A stretch of 64,000 nucleotides of DNA from the human T2T-CHM13v2.0 reference genome, Homo sapiens (GCF_009914755.1 NC_060927.1), one strand, 5' to 3'; numbered from the stretch's first letter, positions 27,982-42,733 are shown. Numbers and translations are program-made. The notes: generated by a model not told the origin, from the sequence alone.

Positions 27982-28673
27982 TAAATAAGATAGAAAATAA
28001 AAAAATCAGGATGAATTTTTTTAAAATTAAAAGAAAGAGGAAGAAAGAAGGAAGGAAGATTTATTTCTTGAAGGAGAAATACAAAGAGCTTAATTGGGTT
28101 AGGTCTCTGGGTAGCATTTGGTTTCTACTTCCCAACTGTACAGCCTATGCAACAACATACTTGTGACCAATTCTACATACAGATCATGATTTGCATAGCT
28201 TTCCTTTGTGTCAAAAAGAAACCAGGGCTATGTCCTTTCAAAGAGGAAGTAAAGAAAGGCTGGAGAACAGTCTAGCTGATGAAAGCTGCTTTAAAAATCC
28301 TTTTCCAAATTCCCAAGACTGCCTTTCTAAAAGGACTCTCTAACATTCTTATTTTAATATCCTCTTGCAGCATACCTTGATTTCCAAGATACTTCTGAAA
28401 CCTAATTAAAATGGAACAGAAAGTGAATTTGGTGTTTTCCACCTATTTTTTAAATGAGAAATGAAAACTGTATATTTATTATTGTTATTTAAAAGTATGG
28501 AGCAAAATCAGGAGTGCAGAGACCTGCAGCAGAGCCAGAGAGAGAATACGGGTGATAGAGTGTTGAATAAATTGTTTTTAGAAATCAAATTCATATACTC
28601 AGGAAGAACTGGGGCAGAGAAGATTAAGCAAGCAAAAAGATAGGTTAAAAAAAGTAATGATGAACAATTACGG

Positions 28674-28693
28674 ACACACACACACACACACAC
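28674..28693. repeat. (AC)10, reads (GU)10 in the RABL3 3'UTR
   Basis: Direct read. Confidence 0.9.
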
Positions 28694-29700
28694 CATCCCC
28701 AAAAAGCTTTGGAGTGATTATGAAATCCAAGAATCCTAGTTCATAATTCATGTAAATGTGTTGCTGTGGAACTTATTTTTACTTCTCTCCATAAATACAT
28801 TGTTGACACAGAATAATATTCTTAGTTTTCTGATTATAGCTAAGGGACATTTCAGGAGTTGACTTTTCCTTAAAAAAACAAATAGAGAGGAGGCTGTAAA
28901 TGTCTCTCACTGCCCTTGTGCAGGTCTTAGATTTTACCCTACCTATTTCCAAACAGAAAACCTAGACTGTATATAGCAGCAACCTTAAGAGTGAGGGAGC
29001 TGTCAATTTTTCACATCATTTTACCAGAATTCTTTTTTTCTGGTATTGCTGTTCTCTATGTATTATTAATTTGTATTTATATTTAACTCTGGCTATTAGT
29101 CCGCCTCTTCCAGTCACTGAGCCATTTGCAAAGGAGAGAAGAGGGAGACAAGGGTTGCTATTATTAGGCATTCCTGTGTGTGACAATGGTGGAGACAATT
29201 AAATAACACCATTTTGCATCTTTGAAAATGACAGAGATTGTTTGGGGTAGACAACTCAGGGCTGGTTAACAAGACCGTTCCCCTCAAGAAGGTAAAACAA
29301 TGGAGATACGTTTTTGAAGTACTTAATTAAGCTTTCAGCAATGAGTGTGGGAAAATTACAGACCCATAAAAACCCTCCAGTTCTAGGCAAGAGTAAATTT
29401 TCTCTGCAGTACACTGTCATTGCTCATTTACTGCATCATTTTGACAACATCTCATATTTACACAAGGCTTTTACATAATCTATACACAGGGACAGAAAGG
29501 TAAGGAACACAGAGAACAGGGACAAAGTTTGGACCTCCCGTATTGTCACTTCCTTTCATTTTTCCATTAAAGGGTAAGGCTGAAGGGTAGCATTTTAAGA
29601 TGATTTTGTTAAAAGGCTGTGATGGTAATAATTGAACACAGCAAGATGAGCTGTGAAAAACTGCCACTGCTTGCTCACTCTTCCAAAGGATGAGTGTAAT

Positions 29701-29766
29701 TCAGTCATAATGAAGGCTCTTTAATGTTCCTGCCCCAAATCTTTTCCGATCAGGAAAGCCTGGAAT
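29701..29766 (-). CDS. RABL3: Rab-like protein 3 last exon, coding part (aa 216-236 + stop)
   Basis: TACAG|ATT...; IPGFPDRKRFGAGTLKSLHYD*; no prenylation motif. Confidence 0.97.
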   Translation of the reverse strand: MPGFPDRKRFGAGTLKSLHYD

Positions 29767-30326
29767 CTGTAGGCAAGAAAGATAATTGCATTAAGTCTCA
29801 AGCAATAAAAGTTCAAATACTAATAGTAATTTTTCCCTTCTTTTCCATTTCTGTATGTCAGCCTGCTGTTTCTTAAAAAAACAACTTTCTGAGGTTTTAC
29901 TCAGAAAACCACAGATTAAATAATAAAAATAAATCTTACCCAAATGGAAAACATTTCCCAACAAATTGGTGATAGTGTCATCTAAATCAGAAAGAATGAA
30001 GGTAAATCTCATAATACCTACTAGACTTTTATAGAAATTATTTGTATTGTGACAGACCCTGAACGTATACTCTTGGAGTCCCAAGCAAATTATTTTCTTC
30101 TTCTATTTTATAATGTAATCTTATTCCTAGATTATATTTGTTTCCTAGATCCTTATTTTCCCTTTGTTCTGATTTTCTCCTTTTGTATTTAACAGGATAG
30201 AAGGAAATCAGTTGCTTGTGCCTATAAAGGGCTTTCCCCAACTTTTTAAAACTACTTCTGAACTTAAATTTGGAAATCACCTATCAAAATTTAAGAATCT
30301 ATTTTATCAAGAAAAGAGATACCAAC

Positions 30327-30365
30327 CTGATTACCTTCTCTTAAAAAGTATCTCTTCTCTATGAC
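30327..30365 (-). CDS. RABL3: RABL3 exon 7 (aa 203-215)
   Basis: 39 nt, ACAG|...CAG|GTTGGT; VIEKRYFLREGNQ. Confidence 0.96.
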
Positions 30366-31201
30366 CTGTGAAAAACAAAGATTTTAAAGGCTTAGCACAC
30401 ATACCTGCAAAAAGTGGCTAACTGCAACGACCACTAATGGTACTAAAAGGAATATATCCAAACTAAGAATCTTTTCCATAGCAGTAGACATGTAGTACAG
30501 TCAGCTAAAAATCTGGTGTTAATGAGATCAGAATTGTGAGAGTATTTCCATAAAAGCCTGCCTCATTCCAAAACGCATTAATGATAGATCAAAAAATAAA
30601 TGAATAACAAAAACTAAATAATGATAGAATGATATAAGATCCTATGCAATTCTTAGAGTATGACAGCAAATCTGACTCTAAGTTTCCTAGCAGTCAGTCC
30701 CAAAAGGTACTAAACAGCATCCATAAAATAAAAAAAGCACTTGCCTGCTACAATAGTCTTGTCTATTTCTTAAAGAGGGGACTGTTTAACATAGCAAACC
30801 ACCACATCCCTATAGTAAGTGGTGACAAATTCTATATGTCCTCAATATAGACAGATGACACAACATCAAAAGCAGTCTAATGACTGTTGTAAATTGTCTA
30901 CTTTTTTTTAACTAACTGCACCCTTACTTCAGTAGTTTCAGAATTACCTGCATTTGATAAGTAGAAAAAACATGTTCAAGCAGCAGATGTATCTGCACAA
31001 ATCCATCACCATTATTGAAAAGAAACCCTCAAAATATATGTCCAAATGTACTAAGTTTAAGAGCACCATGTTTTCATTTTTTCCCAAAACTGCTGTAAAC
31101 CCTAAAGAGCACCATGTTTCCAGATGATGAAAAACATTTTCAAGAATAATAAATTCTGTTCTGACACTTGAGAAACTGCAATGGTTACAGAGGAAGTATT
31201 A

Positions 31202-31565
31202 TAAATGGTCTCTGATTTAGGATGGCTTGACTACGATTTTTTGACTTTATGGTGGTGTGAAAGCAACATGCATTCAGTAGAAACTGTACTTTGAGTGCCC
31301 ATACAATGGGCACTTTTTTCACTTTCAGTATAGTATTCAATAAATTACATGAGCCATTCACAACTTTTTAATAAAATAGGCTTGTGTTAGATGATTCTGC
31401 CTAACTGTAGGCTAACATAAGTGTTCTGAGCATGTTTAAGGAAGGCTAGGCTAAGCTGCGATGCTTGGTAAGTTGGGTGTAATAAATGTATTTTTGACTA
31501 ACAATGTTTCCAATTTACAAGGGGTTTACTGAGATATAACCCTATCGCAAGTTGAGGAATAGCTG
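31202..31565. mobile_element. Tigger3a-like DNA transposon MITE
   Basis: cattcagtagaaactgtact...caataaattacatgag...ggctaggctaagct match recalled consensus; ends ...ctgTA. Confidence 0.8.
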
Positions 31566-31692
31566 TATTTTCTTTACATAGACCTGCTGTGATAAGAAAA
31601 GTTAATCGGATAATAATACAGATCAGCTGGAGATGAACTCTAAGACATTCAAATCTGAAATTATGCAGCTAAGAGTTCCTCTGAATGAGAAC

Positions 31693-31815
31693 AGACCAGC
31701 TTGCTCTCTCTGGTGCCACAGCCATTCATCCAGATTCAACACCAAGACCATTCATCCAGATCCAAGACCAAGACCAGCTTGCTCTCTCTGGTGCGACAGC
31801 CATTCATCCAGATTC
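31693..31815. repeat. 45-bp direct duplication with templated filler
   Basis: Copies at 31693-31737 and 31771-31815, one mismatch. Confidence 0.92.
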
Positions 31816-32028
31816 TTGCTGTCTTGGAGACTATAGCTGGATTATTTTTAGCCACAAGACACCAGGGCAAAGTTGCATTCACTTACCCCAGAGGTAGAAA
31901 AGTTGGTTTATCATTAGTGTACATCTTAAAACAATCCCACAAAAACCAAGAAGGAGACTGATTCCCTTTCCTCTCTATGGCAGGACAGGAAAATCTGATT
32001 ATTCTGGAGCGTGAGGAATTACTACTAG

Positions 32029-32375
<347 letters not shown>

Positions 32376-34030
32376 GGAGAATAAATCTTTATGCTAAATT
32401 CTGGAAGAACTGATGTATAGAAAACTGGGTGAAATCTGGTTGTCAGCTCCTTTGGTTTCAGGCAACCACCTCAGTCTGGAGGTCTGGCCAACCTCCTAAC
32501 CCACATACATTTTGTTGTGATTCAGGCAATAAAAGAGAAGTTACCTTTTTGGTTTTGGTCATAATTCTTTACCCCTGACTTGCAATGTGTACTCCTGATT
32601 TTTTAAAAAATAAAGCCTTGCCTGACAACTCGGATTATACCAATCAATAACCCAGTTTCTCTAGGATGTAATTTAGTATATCTTATTTTTTAATTTTAGA
32701 ACTAATAAAATTTTAAATTTAAACAACATACTGTGGGATCTTTCCAGGTCAGGGCAGATCTATAAGATGTTGCTCATAAGGGACAGAATTTTGTATTGAT
32801 GGGGCCATAGATCTAAACCAAATGGAAATTCTTATATTTTAAGTTTGAAAACAATGTGGGCAAAAAATCTGGCTCCTTGCAGTGCTGCACAACATTTTTC
32901 ATGTCATGGCACACGTAGAAAATGCTAATATTTGTATAGCACACTGGAGAAAATGGAAGCGGTTGCCAATCACCCAACCCCCCCACCCTGAGGACCCTGG
33001 CTGCTCTGAGAACTGAGGGAAATCAGCATCTAGGCACATCTGTACCCTATTTCCCACATATCAGTTAAGAAGTTTTGCAGTGAAGCAAAATTTTCCTAGT
33101 GGCCTAATATTAATCGAGGAGGGTGCTGGAGCTTATCTAGTGCTGATAAAAAGGCCAAATATTAAATCCCAAATTATCTAAAGGTGGGGCTTATCCAATG
33201 CTGAACAAAAGGGCCAATTATTAAATCCCTAAATAGTTAAAAGAAAAAAATGATTGATAAAGAAGAGCTATGGGGAAGATGATTTTCTTAGGAGATGTCA
33301 CTTAAAAAGAAATATAACACAGGAATTAACCTTTTTCAATAATACATGCAGAAAGACATCCTGTTTTACCTTACTATGCAATGTGAGCATTGGACAAACA
33401 ACTTAAACTTGGTCAATACTATGTGCAATAAAGTTGTATGGCTTTGTGAAGGAAAGACAAAGAGTGCTCTAATTTACCAGTATGCTGAGTCATTCTACAT
33501 TTTCCTTCCAGCTGAGGACAATAAAACAATGTTAGCAGAGAGTCAATAATTGGAATGCAAATATTTCTGAGAGGGAAACACTAGGAAATCAAGAAGACAT
33601 TACCTTAAAAGGTAACAGTAACATTTATGTAGAGAATATTAACAGCTAGGAGAGCAAAAAGAACTCAGGGCTTTAAGCAGAATCTCCTCAGTTCAGTGCC
33701 TTTATGGGGGTGGGAGGGTGAATAAGTGAAAAAAAGAGCTAGAAAATGGGTAAGTAGAAATTCTTTTAAAGAGAGGAATTAGATATCTTTTTAAAACCCC
33801 CATTTAAATCCAGTAGCTTTTGCCCTTTACTTAGAGAACACTGGTGATGGAATAAATACGTCAGCAGGCCTTGGGCAATTATACCAACAGATAAGAGAGA
33901 TCAAAACAAGGATTATTCCAGGCTGTGAAGTTTTGGACAAAAAAATAAAGGTCATAGGATTCTACAAAAAAATTTTAAACTCTCATAATATATAAATTAA
34001 GTTTAAAAATAACTTAATTGAAACCATTAC

Positions 34031-34102
34031 CTTATCAAAAAACCTACTGAGCTTGACAGCATTGGAAGAACCTGCAGCTAAGTACCGTGGATTTGTGCAG
34101 TC
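34031..34102 (-). CDS. RABL3: RABL3 exon 6 (aa 179-202)
   Basis: 72 nt, CTAG|...AAG|GTAATG; [24 protein letters not shown]. Confidence 0.97.
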
Positions 34103-36466
34103 CTAGAAGATAAAACATAAGATCCACAATTGAAAGTTAGGAAACCCAAGCTCGTTGCTATTCATAACTTATCCTGTTGCATATTTCTATAGGCATAATA
34201 CTATTAGGCACAATACTCTCACAAAATATTCAAATAATTTTCAAATTATGGTGCACAAAGGAGGAAAGTATTAAAGGAAAATAAGGTCACTTAATCTTTG
34301 TAATTTAAACAATTTTAGAGTATACCAAATCAGTGTATTCATCATCAAATAATTCATAGAGGAAGACAAGATTACTAATATTTTACTAATATCAAAACCA
34401 AGGTACTACTGGAGTGACCTACCTACATTTACCCCGAAAACCAGAGAGAGAGAGCCATGAAAAACAGTAAGCATTTCACTTTTAGTACTAGTTAATCACC
34501 AGTGCTCAACTAATTTAGTACTATGCAGTTCATATGAATTGGAGAAAGCAAGAAAATAAGGATTTAGAGGTGCAAAGAACAAACAGAACAATTGCCAAGG
34601 ATTTCTCTTTAGATGCAAGGTACTACATCTTTTGGTAGGCCACAAAGATATATTATTTTTGGTAATAAACATCTACTACTATTGTTTGATAATAAAGATA
34701 TATTACTACTCTTTGATGGAATTTTATTATAGGGAAAAAAAATGGGCCCAGAAGGGACAAAACGATCTGGAACATTAATCATTACAATAACTTTAAAACC
34801 TTAAAAGGCCTACTATCCGCTGGAATTCCAGTCTAGCTGTTTTTTTTTTTTTTTGCTTGTCACCATTGACTTGTGACCTTGAGAGATAGAGTACTTTGAT
34901 TTTTACCTGAAATGTACCTAAGACCAAACTATAAGGGCTATCATGTAAGCTCCTTTGCAAGTATGAAATTTTGTCTTTTAGCTATAGACCCTCTGTGCCC
35001 CTAGAAATTACTGAAATTACTATTATTACATTTATTCTGTTTTTGCAATCTCCAGGCCCACATGATTCCTTTCTAATGAAGCCTCCTATTTTATTCATAT
35101 GCAACATTTCAAGGCTCACACTTTAAATTTTAGCCAGAAATGATAATACATTCTCTAAAACCACAAAAAAGAGAGGCTACAACAAAGTTGTCAAAGATCA
35201 CAGAGTACTAGAAATTAGGGGTCTTCAAAGCCAGCAAGCAATAAATCAGAATATCCATCCCAACATTTCTACTCTGTGTAACACTGGTTAGGGTACTAAA
35301 CCTTTAAATTTGGGCTTACTGATTTGTGGAATGGGGATAACAATATTTTATTTCACGGGATTTTTGTGAAAAATTAAATAATCCATACCTGGACATACTG
35401 GGTAGTAAAATATTAGTCCTCCTCTCTTCAATCTAAGAAAATGCTAGCAGATTGAATTTTCAGGCACAACAAGCACTTACCACAATAAAGATAATTCCAT
35501 ATATGGATTATGTAGACTGAAACATCATTGCACTAACTATGGTATTTGAAATAGTGTTTGAACACATTTCTACAGCAATTGGGGCATATAAGAGACAAAC
35601 CTTAGATCTGTGGTAGAAATGTTTTATAAAATAGATATTGATTAGCTAGTCATCAGAATGTCAAAAGTTTGAGACAATTCTAAATAGAGCTGAAGTACTA
35701 AATACAAAAACTAAAGCAAACAACAAGCAAACAAAAAAACACCCCCAAAACCTTAATTCTATGGTTCCATAATTTCAGGTCGACCAGCCTAGAGAAACAC
35801 TATGATTTTTGGGATAAGAAATTTAGAGCTGAAAGAGCCATCTGCCATTTATCATGGCTGAGGGAAAAGCCTGAAAATTAATAGCTCCAAATAGCTTGAC
35901 TGAGCTTGAGAAAGGACTATTAACTAGGGAAGATACTTCAATATGATCGCTTCAAAGTAAATACGTAACAGAGAAAAGTTTTTACAGGGTACAATAAGCC
36001 TAACAGGATTTTAGAAAATAAGTAATGGTTCACCTATTTATAATTTAAACAATTTGCATGTATTCAGGCAGTTATTTATTAACTCTGATTCCACCTTTGA
36101 TGTATACATTTGTTAATTCTTACTTTTCTACAGTTTTAAGGAAATTTATACAGTAACTGATGTTAGCACTAATAATGTTACATTAGTTTTTATTTGAGGC
36201 TTTATATTTAATTGCTGAATTTCTGATTGCTATTTCTTTTTGAAACTCTTGTATTCAATTTTCCTCCTCATTTTTTCTTCCCTGCATTCTCTGACCCTCT
36301 CCTATTGTTATGTGTGCTGTGTTCTTGAAGCTGTACACTGATAAAGGCCAAAAACATGTTATATTTGAACTCTTTGGAGACTGTATGTGCTAAAGTCTCA
36401 CTACCTGAGTACCTTTACATCTGACTCACAGTTAAAAGATGGCCTTGGCTTTGTAAGGCAAGTAGG

Positions 36467-36470
<4 letters not shown>

Positions 36471-36505
<35 letters not shown>
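36471..36505. repeat. (AC)n microsatellite, RABL3 intron 5
   Basis: About 17 units; reads (UG)n on the RABL3 pre-mRNA. Confidence 0.95.
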
Positions 36506-36507
<2 letters not shown>

Positions 36508-37759
36508 CACGCGATTATCAGAGAAACCCACAGGCACTAGAAACAGATACATTCTAAAATATATTAAAGTAAGCGCTGAAACAAATTAAGTGTTTTCAAT
36601 GGTAAATTTCTCTTTGGAAATAATGTTCAAAGTAATCTCAGCACTTCTTCAACAAGAATATTATATATCTATATAGCAAGAATCCTTTGGAATATCATGG
36701 TTCAGTGCTGACTACCTGGGGTATGCACATCAAATATTCCATTGTGGCAGCTGAGAAAAATGAGGGGCTCTCCGCTGCAAAGCAGAATGTAAAAAACAAT
36801 GGAATGGCAGGCAGAAGCTGGGGGTAGAGGTGGGGCTGAACCAAGCAGTGTTCATAAACATTGATTCATAGAATAAAGGCATCAGAAGCACCTGAGTTAT
36901 TTGTTAAAACTGCAGATTCCTGGTCCTCCTGCCAGGCTTGATGAATAAAAAGCTCCAGCTGTGGGACGGTTATTCAAAATTTTCCATAGGTACTATTGGT
37001 AATATAAATACACAATCAGATTTGGGTAACTGTTGGTCTAGATGATTTCTAAGAGTTTTTTCAGCTGCCAAATTCTCAAGGTGAGTTGAAGGATTAATTA
37101 AGTGCAAAAGAGGCTTAACTGTAGAGCACAGGCTCTGAATCTGAATACCCTAATTGACCTGGGTAAACTTCCTTGGTCTTGTTACGTCTCTCCTTCTTAT
37201 CTTTAAAAAGAGGATAGTAATAGTACCTGTCTTATAGAGTTGATTGTGAAGATGATGCATGTGAGATAATGTATGTAAATAACTAAAACAGTTTTCAACC
37301 CGTAAGTGCTCAATAAATGTTGCTCACTAGTACTATTACACCACCACCACTGCATTTCTGGAATGCCAGTGCACAGTTGCAGAAATCCTATTTGTGAACA
37401 ACATGACCATGACTGAAATTGCTGGCCAGGATCTTTTTCTGGGATCCTAACAGGCTTACATGACAACCATTTCTTAGCTTTTTTACGCGCTCAGTTCTCA
37501 TTGAGCTAGTTATCTCATCAAGGGACTCAATCCTCTATATATGCATAAGTGTACATAAATTAGTCCTTATGAAGCACTCCTAGTTTAAGGTTTGCAATTT
37601 TTTCATGTATTTGTTACGTTGCCCTTTAAGGTAAAATTTGTAGTTTAAGAAGCTAAGAGGCTTTTTAAAAGCAAGAATAATATGCTTATAGTGCCACTTT
37701 AATCAATTTATTTTAATTTTGGTGTGATTTTAAAAACCTTTCTCAAGAAAAAGCCCATG

Positions 37760-38051
<292 letters not shown>

Positions 38052-38298
38052 CTATGATTTAAATTATTCATAGAATAAAGTTGGAACATTCCAACAGACC
38101 AACATAAAAGGCTGAAGTGACTGTGCACATCTCTCAGTCTAGATATGTTGATTCCAATCTTGACTACGTTTAGACTAGAATCCAAATAGCCTGATTTCAA
38201 GTATAAAGCTTCTTTCACTAGAATATATTATTTGAATATGTCTTCAGTTTTGTCTTTACCCGATAATAATACAAGCATGCATTAGTGAAAATACATAC

Positions 38299-38449
38299 CA
38301 AATTAATTTCTTCTGGATTGAAATCCTCAGCCAGGAAAGCAGTCCTAGTTAAAACTTCATGGCGCTTTGTTTCATGAATCTGGTCCAGTTTAGTCCCTAT
38401 TACCAACAGTGGTATTTGGTTATCAGCAAACTGTTCTTGATCATAATCC
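38299..38449 (-). CDS. RABL3: RABL3 exon 5 (aa 128-178)
   Basis: 151 nt; [50 protein letters not shown], includes G4-like TKLD. Confidence 0.98.
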
Positions 38450-40229
38450 CTGTGATAAATAATAATGAAGAGGTGAATAGAATGTATCTTTCTGGTGTAG
38501 ATGTGTAATATTTAAGTGCAACTAAGTTACACTATTTTACTGAAAATTAACTGATTTTTGCTGCCTTCACCTACAAACCTACTTTCCTTCCAACTTCTTC
38601 CATCTACTTGTTCTTTTATCAATCCATCCTCATCATCAGATTCCAGCTATTCATCTAACTTCTCAAAATTTGGTCCCATGTTTTTATTGAATATTGAACA
38701 ATACTGAATAATTGAACAACTAAGTGCCCATCAAGTATATTACAGTCAGTGGACTTAACTTCCAATGTAGCTGTGTCTTCTAAGGTTAACATAACAGCTC
38801 AGGAATATTTCAGAGTAGAAGCAGAGAGTGGATTTAAGCCTCATCGTAGCAAAAACCCAAAAGCCTAGCATGGCACTCAAGCCTTGTGCTAGAAGAGAAA
38901 ATGGCAAGCTTCTTGGGTACCTTTTGGGGTATGCATTAATTCTATATCTACAATACACATTTCTGTCTGAATAGTAAAGAAATAAGAAGAATAAGAAAAT
39001 AGAAATAGGGAAGCTGAAGCCTAGAATAAATCAAATATAGGTGATACTATAGCCTGGGAAAGGTGGATTAAACACATGGAAATGGAAGGAAACAGCTGAA
39101 ATGCAAAATGAATAGTAAAAGGAAAGAACTTAGTACCAAGTAGTTGTTTCCTGAAATGAGAGCCATGGGAGATAGAGGACGGGCAATAAGAACCACTTAG
39201 GGTTAGTGGCCTTGGATCACTGGCTATTACAATCCTTATTTTTTAAAAAATTTATTTATCCAAAGAACAGAGTGGTGATGTAAATGATACTTCTCATTAC
39301 TGAAAAGAACACAGAGGCCATTGCTGTTGAATTAATTTAAATTCTACTCACATATTAGAAATAAAACAGATTTGGATTTCTGACACGTTATAAGCTCAAC
39401 TTACAACAGTCAGCAAAATCTGGTTGTGCACAATTTATGACAGTAAATCAATATTGCATAATCCAATCACTACAACCCAGTCGAGCATAGCTTTTTTTCT
39501 TCCTTTAACACTACTTTTCTTTCTCTTACAGAAATTCTAAATTGGGGTAGGGGGCAAAGTTACTAAGTATTTATGCCCTTCACAATAATCTTACAGCGCC
39601 TCAGCAAACTGTTCAGCCTCGGAACACAAGTGTTTTACTATACAACCTCCCATCTCACAAAAATATTACCATTCTATTTATTGCATCAAAGCCAATAATA
39701 GCATGATCAAGACCTTTGATTATTCATATCAACAGCAACTCTAATTAAAGAGACATGGTTCAAAGCTACAATTCGCTTTGTTAGGGAATGAAGTTTTGAG
39801 AGTGTCTTTCCTTTAGGACTGTTTCCTTCTGTCTCACATACAAAGTTTTGCATATCTTCTATCAAATATCATCTTTGATGTACATACATCTCTCATATAG
39901 TCTTGCACAATTCCTTGCACACTGACACATATAAAGCATACATATATAGTTTGCTCTCTTATTTCTCTTTTTAGCTTTCCTTTTAACTTTTTCATAAAAT
40001 CTTGCAGCATCCAATTTAAAATTTAATCTTGAAATCTTCTTTGGTAAACTTCTGAAGAACTTTATCATGGATGGATAAGGCTGATAGCTCCTTAACATCA
40101 CAAAGAGACACACAGCCAGGTATCATATTATATGCATAATACTGGGTGGAAAAATAAAGACAAAAAAACTTGCATCTTTCAGACCACTATATTTAATTAT
40201 CACTTCAGAGAAGATTTAGAATTCAGAGA

Positions 40230-40780
40230 AACAAGTTTAAAAGACAATACAGGGAGACAATCAGCAAATCCAGAATATAGGAAACTGTACAAGACAAACA
40301 GCCATCTTCTTCTACAAATAAAGTGCTAGGAGGTTGGAAAAAAAACAACCAAAAAGGGAGAACCTAAGATTAAAAGATACTTAAGAAACCAAATACAACC
40401 AGTGGACCTTATTTAGATACTATTTCGAAAAAATCAATTATAACATTTATGAGACAATTGGGGAAATTAAAATAATATTTGGTTATTAAAGAATTATTAT
40501 TAAAGTTTTAGCTGTGATAATTATATGGTGTCATGTTAAAAAAAAGCCCTTATGTTTTAAAGTATATATGGATGAAATGATATGATGTTTTAACATTTGG
40601 TTCAAAATAATCCAGTTGAGAGTGGGAGAAGATAGAAAGTGGGTAGAGATATGGATGAAACAAGACTAGCTATATGTTGATAATTGTTGAAACTAGGCAA
40701 CGGGTATATGGGAGTTCATTTTCCATTCTTTGTATTTACATATGTTTAAAATTTTCTATAATAAAAAGTTAAAAAAAGTT
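40230..40780 (+). mobile_element. Old L1M (ME-like) 3' fragment
   Basis: Typical L1M 3'UTR motifs (gataattgttgaa...gggtatatgggagttcatt...aataaaaag). Confidence 0.65.
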
Positions 40781-42082
40781 ATTGTGGTAAAAACTACATA
40801 ATATAAAATTTACCTAAATTGTTTAAATATGGCTAAAAACTCAAACTGATATAAAAGATATATGCTAAGCAGTCTTGCTCCTACCACTGTACCCATCCAC
40901 CCATCTCCCCTGGCCCCCTATAGGTTACCATTTTTATTAGTTTCTTATTTTTCACTGATTCTTTATCCAAATATAAATACATATTATTTCTTTTCTTTCT
41001 TATACAATAGGAGGTATACGATATATATTCTCTGCATTTTGATTTGTTAAACCTAATAATGTACCCTCTGTAGATCTTTCTATTTTAGTTCATAGAGATC
41101 TTCCTGATTCTTTTTTAAACATTGAATACTACTCCAGTATGTGGATATGCCATTATTTATTCAATGAATCTTTCGTTGCTCGGACACTAGGGTTGTTTCC
41201 AAATTTTTTGATGCTATACAATAATGCACCAACAAAGCACACCAATGTATTAAGGTTGTTTTATACATTTGCAGGTTTATCTATAGAATCAAAATGAAAC
41301 TGTAGTGTCAAAATGCAAATGGGTATAGAACTTTTACTGAATTCCCTGACAAAAATGCAGATTTCTTTCTGATATGAATATGCTGTCTCCTAACCCTAAA
41401 TTTAAGGATAAGTTTCTTAAGTAGAAATTTTAGTAGAAAATAGAGAACAAGCTAGGTTAATGAAGACATCAGTGATGAAAGGAATTGAGATAGGAAATAA
41501 ATATCAATGAGGCTTTGAAATATAGGTTTTAAATTAGTTGTGCTTATTCTTTATTAGGTCTTGCTGGAATCTACATATATATACTCAAACTTATACTATA
41601 TTTAGGTTTCACATAACAATTAGACTTCCACACAGAAAACAAAGCCTTTGAAAGACTTGCTTCAATCAAAAGATAGAAAATGGGGTTCTGTTCTAGGTAA
41701 GACAGAATAAGCAAACTCTATCCTGTCTTTCCCAGTGAATGCAACTATAAAACCTGGACAGGATACATGAAGTGGCTATTTGAGGACTCTGAAAAATTAA
41801 TAGTGAGCATATTAAGGAAGACTGCAATGTGAAGAACCATTGAATTAGCAGTTTCCTTCCATATCCCCTTGTCTGAATGCAACTCAGCTTAAAACCCAAA
41901 AGTGTGAACAGAATACTCCAGAAGAAGGCCTATAGTTCTGGCTCATGAAACAAGAAAGGGGACACACGAATACTTGGAGATAGTGTAGAAATACAATATT
42001 TTTCCTTCTGTTGTAAGCCAGCTTCTGAGCAATTTCATGACAGTTGTGGCAAAGGCTATAACACAAGCAGAATGCTCAAAAA

Positions 42083-42733
<651 letters not shown>

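Noticed and set aside
31633-31961. ORFs with repeated peptides
   Set aside because: They result from the intronic 45-bp duplication and are antisense to RABL3
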